From an uncultured delta proteobacterium (GTDB lineage Bacteria; Desulfobacterota; Binatia; DP-6), in the NCBI GenBank assembly GCA_963815115.1, contig CAWFFN010000005.1, forward strand, positions 512,001-576,000: 64,000 nt of DNA. Reading direction: 5' to 3'. A program made the translations under genes and the position numbers. How positions within the stretch are numbered: the first letter of the stretch is position 1; each line of letters starts with the position of its first letter. Shown here in pieces: positions 1 to 10,271 of the stretch. The notes beneath the pieces were generated by a model. That model worked only from the letters and a program-made list of their open reading frames with translations. It did not search any database and was not told the origin of the DNA.

Positions 1-347
1 TCGAGCCGACGCTGTTCACGCGGGCGACGAACGCGATGACCGTGGCGCGCGAGGAGATCTTCGGCCCGGTGATCACGGCCATCCCGTTCCGCGACGAGGC
101 CGAGGCGATCGCCCTCGCCAACGATTCGGACTACGGCCTGTACGCCTACCTCTGGACGCGCGATCGGGCGCGGGGCACGCGCGTGGCGCGCGCGCTGCGC
201 ACCGGCACCGTGCAGGTGAACAGCGCGAGCGGGATGCATCCCGACGCGCCCTTCGGCGGCTACAAGCGCTCGGGCATCGGACGCGACGGCGGGGCGTGGG
301 CGCTCGCCGCCTACAGCGAAACGAAGTACATCGGGTGGACGGCATGA
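1..347 (+). CDS. Aldehyde dehydrogenase, C-terminal part (5' end outside window)
   Basis: EEIFGPV, ANDSDYGL and PFGGYKRSGIGR motifs; TGA stop overlaps next ATG (ATGA). Confidence 0.92.
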   Translation, partial: EPTLFTRATNAMTVAREEIFGPVITAIPFRDEAEAIALANDSDYGLYAYLWTRDRARGTRVARALRTGTVQVNSASGMHPDAPFGGYKRSGIGRDGGAWALAAYSETKYIGWTA

Positions 348-2050
348 GCTTCGACACGATCATCAAGAGCGGCACCGTGGTGGACGGCTCCGGGCTTCCG
401 AAGCGGGTGGCCGACGTCGGCATTCGCAATGGCATGGTCACCGACATCGGGCGGCTGTCCGGCGCGAAGCGCACGATCGATGCGGACGGTCTGGTGGTGA
501 TGCCCGGCATCATCGATGCCCACACGCACTACGACCCGCAGCTCACCTTCGAGCCCTTCGCCACCTCGTCGTGCTTCCACGGCGTCACGGCCGTCGTCGC
601 GGGCAACTGCGGCTACTCGATCGCGCCGGTCCGCCCCGCGGACCACGACTGGGTGACGAAGCTGTTCGCCAAGGTGGAGGGCATGTCTCCCCGCGTCCTC
701 GGCGAGGGACTCCCGTGGGACTGGGACACGTTTCCGTCGCTGCTGGACGCGCTCGACGCCCGCATCGGCATCAACGCGGCGATCTACGTCGGCCACTCGG
801 CGCTGCGCCGCTGGGTCATGGGCGAGGCCGCCTCCGAGCGCAAGGCGACGGCGGACGAGGTCGCGACCATGCAGGGCCTGGTGCGCGAGGCGATGCGCGC
901 CGGCGCGGCCGGATTCACCTCGTCGCACGCGCCCACCCACGTCGACCCGCAGGGCCGGCCGGTGCCGTCGCGCCACGCGGACTTCGACGAGGTGCTGGCG
1001 CTCGCGGCCGCGGCGGGCGAGGGCGGGGCGGGCTCGATCGGCTTCCTCGCGCGCACGGCGGTGCAGGGCTACGACGCCGAGGACCGCGCCCGGGTCGTGA
1101 AGCTGGCGCACGCCTCCGGGCTTCCGGTGGTCGTGCAGGGCATGGGCTACCGGCCCGGGCAGCGCGAGACGTGGGACAACCAGACCGCGTTCCTCGCCGA
1201 CACGCGCCGCCAGGGCGCCGCCGTCTTCTCGATGCTCCGCACCCAGCCCTTCATGCGCCCCTTCAACTGGAAGCGCGGCACGTCGCTCTTCGACGGCGTG
1301 TTCCACTGGCGCGACATCCAGGCGCTCCCTGCGGCGCAGCGGCTGGCCCGGATGAAGGATCCGCAAGCACGCGCCGAGCTGCGCTGGGCGCTCGACAATC
1401 CGAACAAGGATCCGGACAAGGGCTCGACGCTGCCGCCCCCCGCCATGACGGCGCTCTTCGTCGATCGCTCGGCGACCGATCCGGGCGCCGAGGGCAAGAG
1501 CGTCGCCCAGCTGGCGAAGGAGCGCGGCGTCCATGCCGCCGACGTCGTCTGCGAGCTGGCCGCCGCCGACGGCCTCGAGACCCAGTTCCTGTGGAACTCC
1601 GAGTCGCCCGCGTGGATCGAGGCCAACGGCGAGTCGCAGCGCAATCCGCACATGATCATCGGCACCGGCGACGGCGGCGCGCACGCCGATCGCGACGACG
1701 GCGCCGAGTGGTCGACCTACTTCCTGCGCTCCTGGCTGCTCGACCGCGAGCACATGACGCTGGAGGAAGGCGTGCGCCGCATCACCCACCTGCCGGCGAT
1801 GATCTGCGGCATCCCGCTGCGCGGGCTCCTCGCCCGCGGCTATCACGCCGACCTCGTGCTGATCGATCCGGCACGCCTCCGGCTCGGCAAGAAGCAGCTC
1901 GTGGCCGACATGCCGGGCGGCGAGGACCGCTGGCAGGTGCGACCGGAGGGCGTCGCGCGGGTCATGGTGAACGGCGAGGTGATCGTCGAGAACGGCGAGC
2001 TGACCGGGGCGCGCAGCGGGCGCGTGCTGCGCATCGGAAACCCCGGGTGA
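344..2050 (+). CDS. Amidohydrolase, N-acyl-D-amino-acid deacylase family
   Basis: GTVVDGSG, PGIIDAHTHYD, GVTAVVAGNCG, DGGAH, GYHADLVLID; ATG at 344 overlaps upstream stop. Confidence 0.9.
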   Translation: MSFDTIIKSGTVVDGSGLPKRVADVGIRNGMVTDIGRLSGAKRTIDADGLVVMPGIIDAHTHYDPQLTFEPFATSSCFHGVTAVVAGNCGYSIAPVRPADHDWVTKLFAKVEGMSPRVLGEGLPWDWDTFPSLLDALDARIGINAAIYVGHSALRRWVMGEAASERKATADEVATMQGLVREAMRAGAAGFTSSHAPTHVDPQGRPVPSRHADFDEVLALAAAAGEGGAGSIGFLARTAVQGYDAEDRARVVKLAHASGLPVVVQGMGYRPGQRETWDNQTAFLADTRRQGAAVFSMLRTQPFMRPFNWKRGTSLFDGVFHWRDIQALPAAQRLARMKDPQARAELRWALDNPNKDPDKGSTLPPPAMTALFVDRSATDPGAEGKSVAQLAKERGVHAADVVCELAAADGLETQFLWNSESPAWIEANGESQRNPHMIIGTGDGGAHADRDDGAEWSTYFLRSWLLDREHMTLEEGVRRITHLPAMICGIPLRGLLARGYHADLVLIDPARLRLGKKQLVADMPGGEDRWQVRPEGVARVMVNGEVIVENGELTGARSGRVLRIGNPG

Positions 2051-2060
2051 CGGTCGCCAG

Positions 2061-3143
2061 ATGAAGGCGGTCGTCTTTCACGGACCCGCGCGCGGCGTCG
2101 TCGTCGAGGACGTGGCGGTGCGCGATCCCGGCCCGGGCGAGGTGCGCGTCGCGATCCGCGCCGCGGGGCTCTGCCATTCCGACCAGAGCGTCATCAACGG
2201 CACGATCCCGTATCCCGTGCCCGTGGTGCTGGGACACGAGGGCGCGGGTCTCGTCGAGGCGGTCGGCCCGGGCGTCACGAGCGTCAAGGAAGGCGACGCC
2301 GTGATCCTCTCGACGCTCGCGCACTGCGGCCGGTGCGCCGCGTGCGAGGGCGGCAAGCCGACCGCCTGTCGCAACGCGCCCAATCCGAAGGACACGACGC
2401 CGTTCGCGATCAAGGGAACGCCGGTCCACCAGTTCGCCAACGCCTCGGCCTTCGCCGAGCTGACGCTGGTACGCGAGCAGAGCGCCATTCCCGTCGACCC
2501 GCGCGTGCCGTTCGATCGCGCGGCGCTCATCGGCTGCGGCATCATGACGGGCGTCGGGGCGGTCCTGAACCGCGCCCGCGTCGAGGCGGGATCGTCGATG
2601 GCGGTGTTCGGCGTCGGCGGCATCGGCCTCAACTGCGTGCAGGGCGGCGTCCTCGCCGGCGCGGCGCCGATCATCGCCGTCGACGTGAACCCGCAGAAGC
2701 TCGAGCTGGCCCGGCGCTTCGGGGCCACGCACGTGGTGGACGCGTCGCGCGAGGACGCGCTCGCCGCGGTGCGCGACCTGACCTCCGGCGGGGCCGAGTA
2801 CAGCTTCGAGTGCGTCGGCAACCTGGCGGTCATCCGCCAGGCGCTCGACGCCATCGCCCCCGGCGGCACGCTCACCATCGTCGGGGTGCCGCGCATCGGC
2901 TCGACGATCGAGCTGGTGGTGCACAGCCTCTACAACAACAAGGCCATTCTCGGCTGCCGCTACGGCGCGGCGCGGCCGCGCCGCGACTTCCCGATGCTCG
3001 CCGACCTCTACCTCGCGGGCCGCCTCCGCATCGACGAGCTCATCACCGACCGCTATCCCCTCGACGACTTCGACCGCGCGCTGCGCGACCTGGAGGACGG
3101 CCGCCTGGCGCGCGGCGTCTTCCAGCTCGGCGGCGGCCACTGA
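2061..3143 (+). CDS. Zn-dependent alcohol dehydrogenase (MDR family)
   Basis: GLCHSD, GHEGAG, CGRCAAC...C structural Zn site, GVGGIG. Confidence 0.93.
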   Translation: MKAVVFHGPARGVVVEDVAVRDPGPGEVRVAIRAAGLCHSDQSVINGTIPYPVPVVLGHEGAGLVEAVGPGVTSVKEGDAVILSTLAHCGRCAACEGGKPTACRNAPNPKDTTPFAIKGTPVHQFANASAFAELTLVREQSAIPVDPRVPFDRAALIGCGIMTGVGAVLNRARVEAGSSMAVFGVGGIGLNCVQGGVLAGAAPIIAVDVNPQKLELARRFGATHVVDASREDALAAVRDLTSGGAEYSFECVGNLAVIRQALDAIAPGGTLTIVGVPRIGSTIELVVHSLYNNKAILGCRYGAARPRRDFPMLADLYLAGRLRIDELITDRYPLDDFDRALRDLEDGRLARGVFQLGGGH

Positions 3144-3155
3144 GGAGAGCACCCC

Positions 3156-4226
3156 ATGGGACGCTTCGGGACGCACGTGATCGACGCCGACGGACACGGC
3201 GGCGACCTGCCCAACTGGCAGGCCCGCATTCCCGCCGCCTTCCAGCCGAAGTGGGAGGAGCGCCGCGAGCGCATCAAGAAGCAGTTCGCCAACCTGCCTG
3301 GCGTCGGCATCAAGGAGACCAAGGGCACGGCGAAGCTGAACAGCCTGGAGCGCCCGGGCATGACCGACCCGAGGTCGCGCCTCGAGGACATGGACCTCGA
3401 GGGCATCGACCAGACCGTCATGTTTCCGGGCGGCGCGGGCGAGGAGTGGGCCGGGCTCGACCGCGACTTCGCGATCGCGCTCTGCCGCACCCTGAACGAC
3501 TGCCGGGCCGAATTCACGCGCTACGCACCGAAGCGTCTCATGTCGGTGGCCAAGCTGCCGATGATCGATCCGGAGGCGGCCGTCGCCGAGCTCCGCCGCT
3601 GCGTGGGCGAGCTCGGCATGGTCGGCATGGTCACGCCCCAGCACGTGCGCGACAAGAACCTCGACGACCCGAGCTTCGACGTGGTGTGGAAGGCGGCCGA
3701 GGACCTCGGCGTCGCGGTGTGCGTGCACGGCGGCGGCCAGGCCATCGACCAGGTCCCCCTCGGAGTCGACCGCTGGAAGACCCGCCTGGAGGTGCACGCC
3801 TTCACCCATCCCGTCGGTCAGATGGTCGCGATCATGGCGTTCACCGTGGGCGGCATCCTGCACCGCTTCCCGGAGCTGCGGGTCGCGTTCCTCGAGGCGG
3901 GCACCGGCTGGCTGCCGGCGTGGCTCGAGCGCCTCGACGAGCACTGGGAGCTGACCCCCGAGCAGGCGCCGTTGATCGATCGCAAGCCGAGCGACTACTT
4001 CCTCTCCGGGCGCTGCTTCATCGGCTGCGATCCCGACGAGAAGGGCGTGGCCCACGTCGTCGACAGCCTCGGCGAGGACGTCGTGGTGTACGCGTCCGAC
4101 TACTGCCACTGGGACTGCAAGTTCCCCGACACGGTGAAGATCGTGCACGACCGGGCCGACCTGTCGGCGAGCGCGAAGCAGAAGATCCTCGAGGGCAACC
4201 CGCGACGGCTCTACGCCGTGGCGTGA
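3156..4226 (+). CDS. Amidohydrolase family protein (Amidohydro_2)
   Basis: IDADGH, VCVHG, RFPELRVAFLEAG, ASDYCHWD. Confidence 0.9.
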   Translation: MGRFGTHVIDADGHGGDLPNWQARIPAAFQPKWEERRERIKKQFANLPGVGIKETKGTAKLNSLERPGMTDPRSRLEDMDLEGIDQTVMFPGGAGEEWAGLDRDFAIALCRTLNDCRAEFTRYAPKRLMSVAKLPMIDPEAAVAELRRCVGELGMVGMVTPQHVRDKNLDDPSFDVVWKAAEDLGVAVCVHGGGQAIDQVPLGVDRWKTRLEVHAFTHPVGQMVAIMAFTVGGILHRFPELRVAFLEAGTGWLPAWLERLDEHWELTPEQAPLIDRKPSDYFLSGRCFIGCDPDEKGVAHVVDSLGEDVVVYASDYCHWDCKFPDTVKIVHDRADLSASAKQKILEGNPRRLYAVA

Positions 4227-4232
4227 GCCGTC

Positions 4233-4853
4233 GTGCCCATCGATCTCGCGGCCCTGCTCGAGCCTTCGCGGACGGCGCTCCTCATGATGGAGTGCCAGGA
4301 GGGCATCATCGGCGCGGGCGGGACGCTCTCCGCGCTCGCCGACGCCGTGCGCCGTCACGGCACGGTGGGGCAGATCGCGCGGGTGCTCGGCGCGGCGCGC
4401 GCCAGGGGCGTGCCCGTGTTCCACTGCCTGATGGCGCGCCGGCCCGACGGCGGCGGCGCGGCAGCCAACTGCCTGCTGCTGGCTGCGACGCGCAGGTCCG
4501 AGCGCCCGCTGCTGCCGGGATCGCCGCAGCAGGCGCCCGTGCAAGCACTCGCACCCGGCGACGGGGAGTGGATGGTGACCCGCTTTCACGGCATCTCGCC
4601 CTTCCACGGCACGGAGCTCGACCAGCTCCTGCGCAACCTCGGCGTGCGCACGGTCGTTGCCACCGGCGTGTCGGTGAACGTCGGCATCCTCGGGCTCGTG
4701 GTCGAGGCGGTGAACGCCGGGTACCAGGTGGTGATTCCGCGCGAGGCGGTGACCGGGACGCCCGACGACTACGTCGCGGCGGTGATGGAGCACACGCTGC
4801 GGCTGCTCGCGACGCTTGCGCCCGTCGACCAGGTCGTAGGAGTGTGGAGCTAG
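4233..4853 (+). CDS. Isochorismatase/cysteine-hydrolase family protein (catalytic Cys absent)
   Basis: TALLMMECQEG, SPFHGTELDQLLRNLGVRTVVATGVSVNVG, EAVNAGYQV. Confidence 0.85.
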   Translation: MPIDLAALLEPSRTALLMMECQEGIIGAGGTLSALADAVRRHGTVGQIARVLGAARARGVPVFHCLMARRPDGGGAAANCLLLAATRRSERPLLPGSPQQAPVQALAPGDGEWMVTRFHGISPFHGTELDQLLRNLGVRTVVATGVSVNVGILGLVVEAVNAGYQVVIPREAVTGTPDDYVAAVMEHTLRLLATLAPVDQVVGVWS

Positions 4854-4855
4854 GC

Positions 4856-5620
4856 ATGGAGACACAGCGATTCGCGGGCAAGGTGGCGTTCGTGACCGGC
4901 GCGGGCTCGGGCATCGGACGGGCGACGGCCGGCCTGTTCGCCGAGGAAGGGGCCAGGGTCTACGCCGTGGACGTCGACCGCGACGGGTTGGCGACGACGC
5001 TCGCCGGCATCCGGGAAGCCGGCGGCCGCGCGGATGGACTGCCCTGCGACGTCGCCGACATGGCGTCGGTGCAGGCGGCGGTCGACGCCGCCGTCGCCGC
5101 CTTCGGCGGTCTCGACGTGCTGTGCAACGTCGCCGGCATCGGCGGCTTCAAGCGCTTCGAGGAGCTCACCGAGGAGGACTGGAACCGTACGTTCGGGGTG
5201 AACGTGACCGGCATGTTCCACACCGTGCGCGCGGCGCTGCCGCATCTCCTCGCCGACCCGGTCGGCTGCGTCGTGAACGTCGGCTCGACCTCGTCGTTGC
5301 GCGGCACCGCCTATGCCTCGCAGTACGCGGCGTCGAAGGCCGCGGTGCTGAACCTGACGCGCTCGCTGGCGCTGGAGTTCGCCAGTCGCGACCTGCGCTT
5401 CAACTGCGTCTGCCCCGGCGGCGTGAAGACGCCGCTCGGGCGGCACTTCCTGCGGCGCGAGGACTTCGAGGCGCACCTGATCGACTACCAGGCGCCGCCG
5501 AAGTTCGGGCACTTCGCCGATCCCATCGACATCGCGCGCATCATCGCGTTTCTCGCCTCCGACCACGCGCGCATGATCAACGGTGCCGCGCTCACCGCAG
5601 ACGGCGGGACGCTGGCATGA
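4856..5620 (+). CDS. SDR family oxidoreductase
   Basis: TGAGSGIG, NVAG, YAASK; ATG at 4856. Confidence 0.92.
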   Translation: METQRFAGKVAFVTGAGSGIGRATAGLFAEEGARVYAVDVDRDGLATTLAGIREAGGRADGLPCDVADMASVQAAVDAAVAAFGGLDVLCNVAGIGGFKRFEELTEEDWNRTFGVNVTGMFHTVRAALPHLLADPVGCVVNVGSTSSLRGTAYASQYAASKAAVLNLTRSLALEFASRDLRFNCVCPGGVKTPLGRHFLRREDFEAHLIDYQAPPKFGHFADPIDIARIIAFLASDHARMINGAALTADGGTLA

Positions 5621-7077
5621 TCCTCGACGTCCTCGCGGGCCAGGTGGCGGCACGCGGGACGCGCCCCTTCCTCCGTCACGAACGCCGGGACGTCTCGTAC
5701 GCCGAGTTCGACCGGCTGGCGAACCGCGCGGCGCACGGGCTGCGCGCGCTCGGCGTCCAGCGCGGCGACCGCGTCACCCTCGCGCTCGGCAACTCGCTCG
5801 ACTACGTCATCGCCGCCTTCGGGGTGCTCAAGGCCGGGGGTGTGCTCAACCCGGTGAACCCGGCGCTGGGCGAGGCGGAGCTGTGCTACGTGCTCGAGCA
5901 CGCCGGACCCCGCGTGGTGGTGACCGACGCCGCGAGCGAGAGGCGCCTGCGCGCGCTCGGCGCAGCGACCAGCCCGGCGGCTGCCCTCGCGAGCGCCGGA
6001 CCCGACACCGCGCCCGCGGTCGCCCTCGGCAGCGACGACGCCTCGACGCTGCTCTACACCTCGGGCACCACCGGCGCGCCCAAGGGGGTGCTCTTCACCC
6101 ACGGGCGCTCCGGGACCAGCGGGCCGCACTTCATCCAGGCCCTCGGGCTCGTCCCGGACGACGTGCTCCTCGCCGTCACGCCCCTCTTCCACGGCAACGC
6201 CTGGGGCGCCGTGGTGACCGCGCTGCACGCCGGGGCCACCGCCGCGTTCCCCGTCGCGTTTCATGCCTCGGAGTTCTGGCCGCTGGCGCACGAGACGGGT
6301 GCAACCGTCCTCTTCACCCTGGGTACGGTGCTGGCGATGCTGCTCACGCGCGAGCCGTCGCCGCTCGAGCGCACGAGCCGGCTGCGCGTGATCCTCGGGC
6401 TGGGCAGCGCGCCCATCCGGGCGCGCGTGCGCGAGCGCCTCGGCGTCGAGGACGTTCTCGAGTGCTTCGGCTCGACCGACGCCGGCGTGGTGACGATCGA
6501 GCCGCGCGGCGTGCCGCCGCGGCCCGGCTCGTGCGGACCGCCGGTACCGGGCGTGCGGGTACAGATCCTCGACGACGCCGGCGTCTCGCAGCCCGTCGGT
6601 GCGGTGGGCGAGATCGCCGTGGAGTCGCCCGCCCGAATGGCTGCGTACTTCCGCGATCCGGAGGGCACGGCCCGCGCGCTCCGCAACGGCTGGTTCCTCT
6701 CCGGCGACCTCGGCTTCCTCGACGAGGACGGCTGGCTGCACTTCGTCGACCGCAAGCGCGACGTCATCCGGCGCGGCGGGGAGAACGTGTCGTCGGTCCT
6801 CGTCGAGAAAACGCTGCGGGAGCACCCGCAGGTGGTGGAGGCGGCGGTCGTCGGGGTGCCCGATTCCGTGCTCGGCCAGGAGATCAAGGCGTTCGTGGTG
6901 TCGCGCGCGCCGGTGACCGAGGCGGAGCTGCGCACGTTCGCCGAAGCGCGGCTCGCGAAGTTCCAGGTGCCGCGCCTCTGGGAGTTCCGCGACAGCCTGC
7001 CGAAAACGCCCACGCAGCGCGTGGAGAAGTACAAGCTGCGCGACGAGGCAGGCGGCGGCCGGCCGATGGTGGGGTAG
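5617..7077 (+). CDS. AMP-binding acyl-CoA ligase (CaiC-like)
   Basis: YTSGTTGAPKG, SGDLG, DRKRDVIRRGGENVS, LPKTPTQRVEK; ATGA overlap. Confidence 0.92.
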   Translation: MILDVLAGQVAARGTRPFLRHERRDVSYAEFDRLANRAAHGLRALGVQRGDRVTLALGNSLDYVIAAFGVLKAGGVLNPVNPALGEAELCYVLEHAGPRVVVTDAASERRLRALGAATSPAAALASAGPDTAPAVALGSDDASTLLYTSGTTGAPKGVLFTHGRSGTSGPHFIQALGLVPDDVLLAVTPLFHGNAWGAVVTALHAGATAAFPVAFHASEFWPLAHETGATVLFTLGTVLAMLLTREPSPLERTSRLRVILGLGSAPIRARVRERLGVEDVLECFGSTDAGVVTIEPRGVPPRPGSCGPPVPGVRVQILDDAGVSQPVGAVGEIAVESPARMAAYFRDPEGTARALRNGWFLSGDLGFLDEDGWLHFVDRKRDVIRRGGENVSSVLVEKTLREHPQVVEAAVVGVPDSVLGQEIKAFVVSRAPVTEAELRTFAEARLAKFQVPRLWEFRDSLPKTPTQRVEKYKLRDEAGGGRPMVG

Positions 7078-7669
7078 GGAGCGGGCCGGGCGGCCACATG
7101 AGGGCCCTGCACGGAGCGACCGCGTGCGGCTCATCCGCTGTGTCAGTGTGGCCGTCGCCCCGCGGAGGTCGCCGTCGACCAGATCTGGACCCTGAGCAAG
7201 GTTCGTCTCGGGGATCGGGTCGGTTTCCTGAGCAAGGACGAAGCCCGCGGCCCAGAGGGGGGTGATACGGAGATGTCCGGGGAATGACCGGGCGTGCGCT
7301 ACTCGCGCAGTAGCAAGCGACTCCTGCGGCGCGCGTGCCCGAGACGCCGCGAGGTCCGGACGAGAGGAGAGCATGAGGGATCGATGGCGAAGCCGAGGAG
7401 CTACCTTCACCGTCACGCTCACGAAGTCCGCGGCATGACACGGACCCCAGCCCCGTTCAGGAAGGATCTGCTTCGATGCGGGCAGCATCGGTTTCCTGCA
7501 GCATGAGGAGGAACTCTCCCATGTTGGCTCTCGAGCGCATTCCCGGACCTGCCCGAAGCAACATCCTGGCGGGTGGCTGACGAGGCGACCCGCGGTCTGG
7601 AGGGAAGCGTCGACGGAGGTGACGCAGCCGTGGACACGCACGGGGAGTCGGTCTAGCTTGCCGCCTTGC

Positions 7670-8858
7670 ATGGGAGTGCCGGCCTACTGTGGTGGCGAAC
7701 ACCCGGCGACGTCGGTCGCCGAGACGTCGCCCGCGTACGGGCCTCGTTCCCCCCGCCTCCTCGACCGGGTGTGGACCGCGATGCGATTGCGGCACATGAG
7801 CCGCCGCACCGAGCAGGCCTACGTCTTCTGGATCAGGCGGTACATTCTGTTTCACGACAAGCGAACACCCGGCGACGCTCGGAGCCGAGGAGGTGACCCG
7901 CTTCCTCTCGCACCTGGCCGAGGATCGCCGGGTGAGCGCGTCGACCCAGAACCAGGCGCTCAGTGCGCTGCTGTTCCTCTATCGGCACGTGCTCGGCGTG
8001 GAGCTGCCGTGGCTCGACGGTCTGGTTCGCGCGCGGCGCCCGGCGCACGTCCCCGTCGTGCTCGGCCGCGAGGAGATGGCGGCCGTGCTGTCGCGGCTCT
8101 CCAGCCCGGCTTGGCTGATGGCAGCGCTCCTCTGCGGCGCCGGCCTCCTCTTGCTCGAGTGCCTGCAGCTGCGCGTGAAGGACGTCGACTTCGACCGCGG
8201 CGAGATCGTGGTGCGTCGTGGGAAGGGCGGCCGAGACCGGCGGACGGTGCTGCCGGCCGTGGTGCGCCGCCCCCTGGCTGCCCACCTCGAGCGGGTCCGG
8301 GCGCAGCACGAGGCTGACCTGGCCCGAGGCGCCGGGTGGGTCGAGCTTCCCGACGCCCTCGGTCACAAGTACCCCACCGCGGGGCGGGAGTGGGGGTGGC
8401 AGTGGGTCTTTCCCGCCACGCGGACCTACGCGCACCGGGAGACTGGTCAACGCCGGCAGCACCACTTCTACGAGTCGGCGCTCCAGCGGCTCGTCCGCCA
8501 GGCCGTGATCCGGGCCGGGATCGCCAAGCCGCCACGGTGCCACACGTTCCGCCACTCGTTCGCGACGCACCTGCTGGAGAGCGGCTCCGATATCCGGACG
8601 GTCCAGGGACTGCTCGGTCACCGCGACGTGCGGACGACGATGATCTACACCCACGTGTTGAATCGGGGCGGCCTGGGTGTCGTGAGCCCCGTAGACATGG
8701 TGCTCGGACCGGGTGCGTCGGGCGGGCGCCTTGGGCTGGCGCAGATAGGCGGCGCGACCTCGTCGTCTATCACGCGGGGAGCAGCGGATGGCATTCGACG
8801 ACCGTCGGGAGATCGACAACTTGACCGGGCACGCACGTGCGTCGGTCGTGCGGAATAG
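7670..8858 (+). pseudogene. intI: Integron integrase, frameshifted and with catalytic Arg lost
   Basis: [38 protein letters not shown], IntI-specific [42 protein letters not shown]; extra A at about 7864-7865; GAGL-L instead of GAGL-R at 8148-8150; start codon uncertain. Confidence 0.9.
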
Positions 8859-8928
8859 ACCCAGCTCCAGCGTCATCTTCGGTCACTGGCAGATCGCCGC
8901 TTGGTCTCGGGTGTAGAGTGATATGTCC

Positions 8929-9022
8929 GCCTAACCAGGCGTTGGAGCGGACCCGCGGGGAAGCGGGCCTTTCCCTTGCGGGTGGCGGTGGCCGCGGGCC
9001 GCTCAACGCCGAGTCGTTAAAC
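8929..9022 (+). repeat. attC site 1
   Basis: R'' GCCTAAC, L'' GTTGGAGC, GGACCCGCGG/CCGCGGGCC stem, L' GCTCAAC, R' GTTAAAC. Confidence 0.88.
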
Positions 9023-9047
9023 GACCCGGACTCGCCTGAGTGAAAGG

Positions 9048-9494
9048 ATGACCATGAAGATCGATGGTGCGTGCCATTGTGGCTTGATCAAGTACGACGC
9101 TGCAATCGATCCCGGCAAGGTCGTAGTCTGTCATTGCACAGACTGCCAAGCCCTCTCCGGCTCCGCCTTCCGGATCGTTGTCGGCGCTGCGAGAGACGAT
9201 TTCCATCTCCGTGGCGGGCAACCAAAGATTTACGTGAAAACAACTGAGAGCGGCGAGAAGCGTGCGCAAGCATTCTGCCCGGAATGTGGAACGCCGATCT
9301 ACTCGGCAGCGGTCGCCGACACCTCGGCATTCGGAATCCGAGTGGGGACGATTCGGCAGAGAGCTGAGCTGCGTCCAAACAGACAATATTGGTGCCGATC
9401 GGCTCTCCCGTGGGTGAAGGATCTCGGCAGCGTAACCCAGTTTGAGCGACAGGATGACCTCAACCAGTTCCTGCGCAACGTGCGAAGCTCGTAA
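9048..9494 (+). CDS. GFA family protein (Mss4-like, Zn-binding); cassette 1
   Basis: GACHCG, CHCTDCQ, FCPECG motifs; lies between attC1 and attC2. Confidence 0.9.
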   Translation: MTMKIDGACHCGLIKYDAAIDPGKVVVCHCTDCQALSGSAFRIVVGAARDDFHLRGGQPKIYVKTTESGEKRAQAFCPECGTPIYSAAVADTSAFGIRVGTIRQRAELRPNRQYWCRSALPWVKDLGSVTQFERQDDLNQFLRNVRSS

Positions 9495-9524
9495 TATGCC
9501 CGGTGCGATGAGATGCAGCCAGCC

Positions 9525-9617
9525 GTCTAACCCGCGGTTGGAGCGGACCGGGGCGGGACCAGCGCGCTTCGGTGGGGTGGTGGTGGGCGCCGGCCGCTCA
9601 ACCGCGGGACGTTAGGA
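9525..9617 (+). repeat. attC site 2
   Basis: GTCTAAC..GTTGGAGCGGACCGG...CCGGCCGCTCAAC..GTTAGGA. Confidence 0.9.
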
Positions 9618-9632
9618 GTCTCACACAATCCG

Positions 9633-9932
9633 ATGGGTAAGTCGCTGCCGCCGAAGGAGAGCAAACTGTATCAGCGCACCGATGAGGTGCTCCATTACGT
9701 GTGGGATCCCATCGGCGTCGCCGGGGCTCCGAGTGCGCGCGACGAGTACTGGTCGTACTTGCCCCGCGTGTTCGCCCTCCTGATGGAACGTGCCGATGAA
9801 CGTGCGATCGCCGACTACCTCGTAACGGTAGAACGTGAGGCCATGGGATTGGCAGGTCGACCTGATCACGCGCTGCGAGTCGCGCGAACCCTCATCGACT
9901 ATCGCGAATGGGTCTTGGACCGTGCTCCCTAA
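9633..9932 (+). CDS. Small hypothetical protein with WDPIG..DEY motif (DUF1871-like); cassette 2
   Basis: EVLHYVWDPIGV..ARDEYWSY; TAA stop lies in the attC3 R'' box. Confidence 0.8.
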   Translation: MGKSLPPKESKLYQRTDEVLHYVWDPIGVAGAPSARDEYWSYLPRVFALLMERADERAIADYLVTVEREAMGLAGRPDHALRVARTLIDYREWVLDRAP

Positions 9933-9989
9933 CCCGCGCTTGCAGCGGACGGCGCTGCGCGCCGCCGCTGAACCGCCAGGTCGTTATGC
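9927..9989 (+). repeat. attC site 3 (short, 63 bp)
   Basis: CCCTAAC..TTGCAGCGGACGGCGC-tgc-GCGCCGCCGCTGAA..GTTATGC. Confidence 0.88.
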
Positions 9990-10271
9990 CTCTCGATGCT
10001 TGCCGCCGTTACCTCGCCGAGGATCCTTCCGAAGTTCCTCGCGGACTACTCGTCGGATCGTGTCCTCGAGCGGCTTCTCCCGGTGCTCCATGCACTCGCG
10101 CAGGGCACTGTTGATGAGGGTCTGATAGCTGCCACCCCCGGCCGCATGGACCTGCCGCCGAAACCAGTCGAGGACCTCATCGTCAAGCCGAATGGTGATC
10201 CTCGTCTTGCCCCTCGGAACAGGGATGACCGGCCCTCGCTTCCCCCTCGTGAAGTCGTACTCCTTCTTCAT
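9984..10271 (-). CDS. brnA: BrnA family antitoxin; cassette 3
   Basis: MKKEYDF..GKRG, KTRITIRLDDEVLDWFR, YQTLINSALRE. Confidence 0.9.
   Translation of the reverse strand: MKKEYDFTRGKRGPVIPVPRGKTRITIRLDDEVLDWFRRQVHAAGGGSYQTLINSALRECMEHREKPLEDTIRRVVREELRKDPRRGNGGKHREA

Noticed and set aside
2333-5620. 1095-aa ORF and other very long alternative-frame ORFs (e.g. 42918-46880, 49290-52553, 50231-53389, 38618-41674)
   Set aside because: GC-rich shadow frames; only the terminal parts with family motifs (SDR, PaaK-like, ClC) are real genes
7078-7669. Long intergenic region with short repeats (CCTGAGCAAGG twice, TCGGTTTCCTG twice); candidate attI or ncRNA
   Set aside because: No attC or attI architecture, no recognisable RNA motif, and the repeats are too short and irregular
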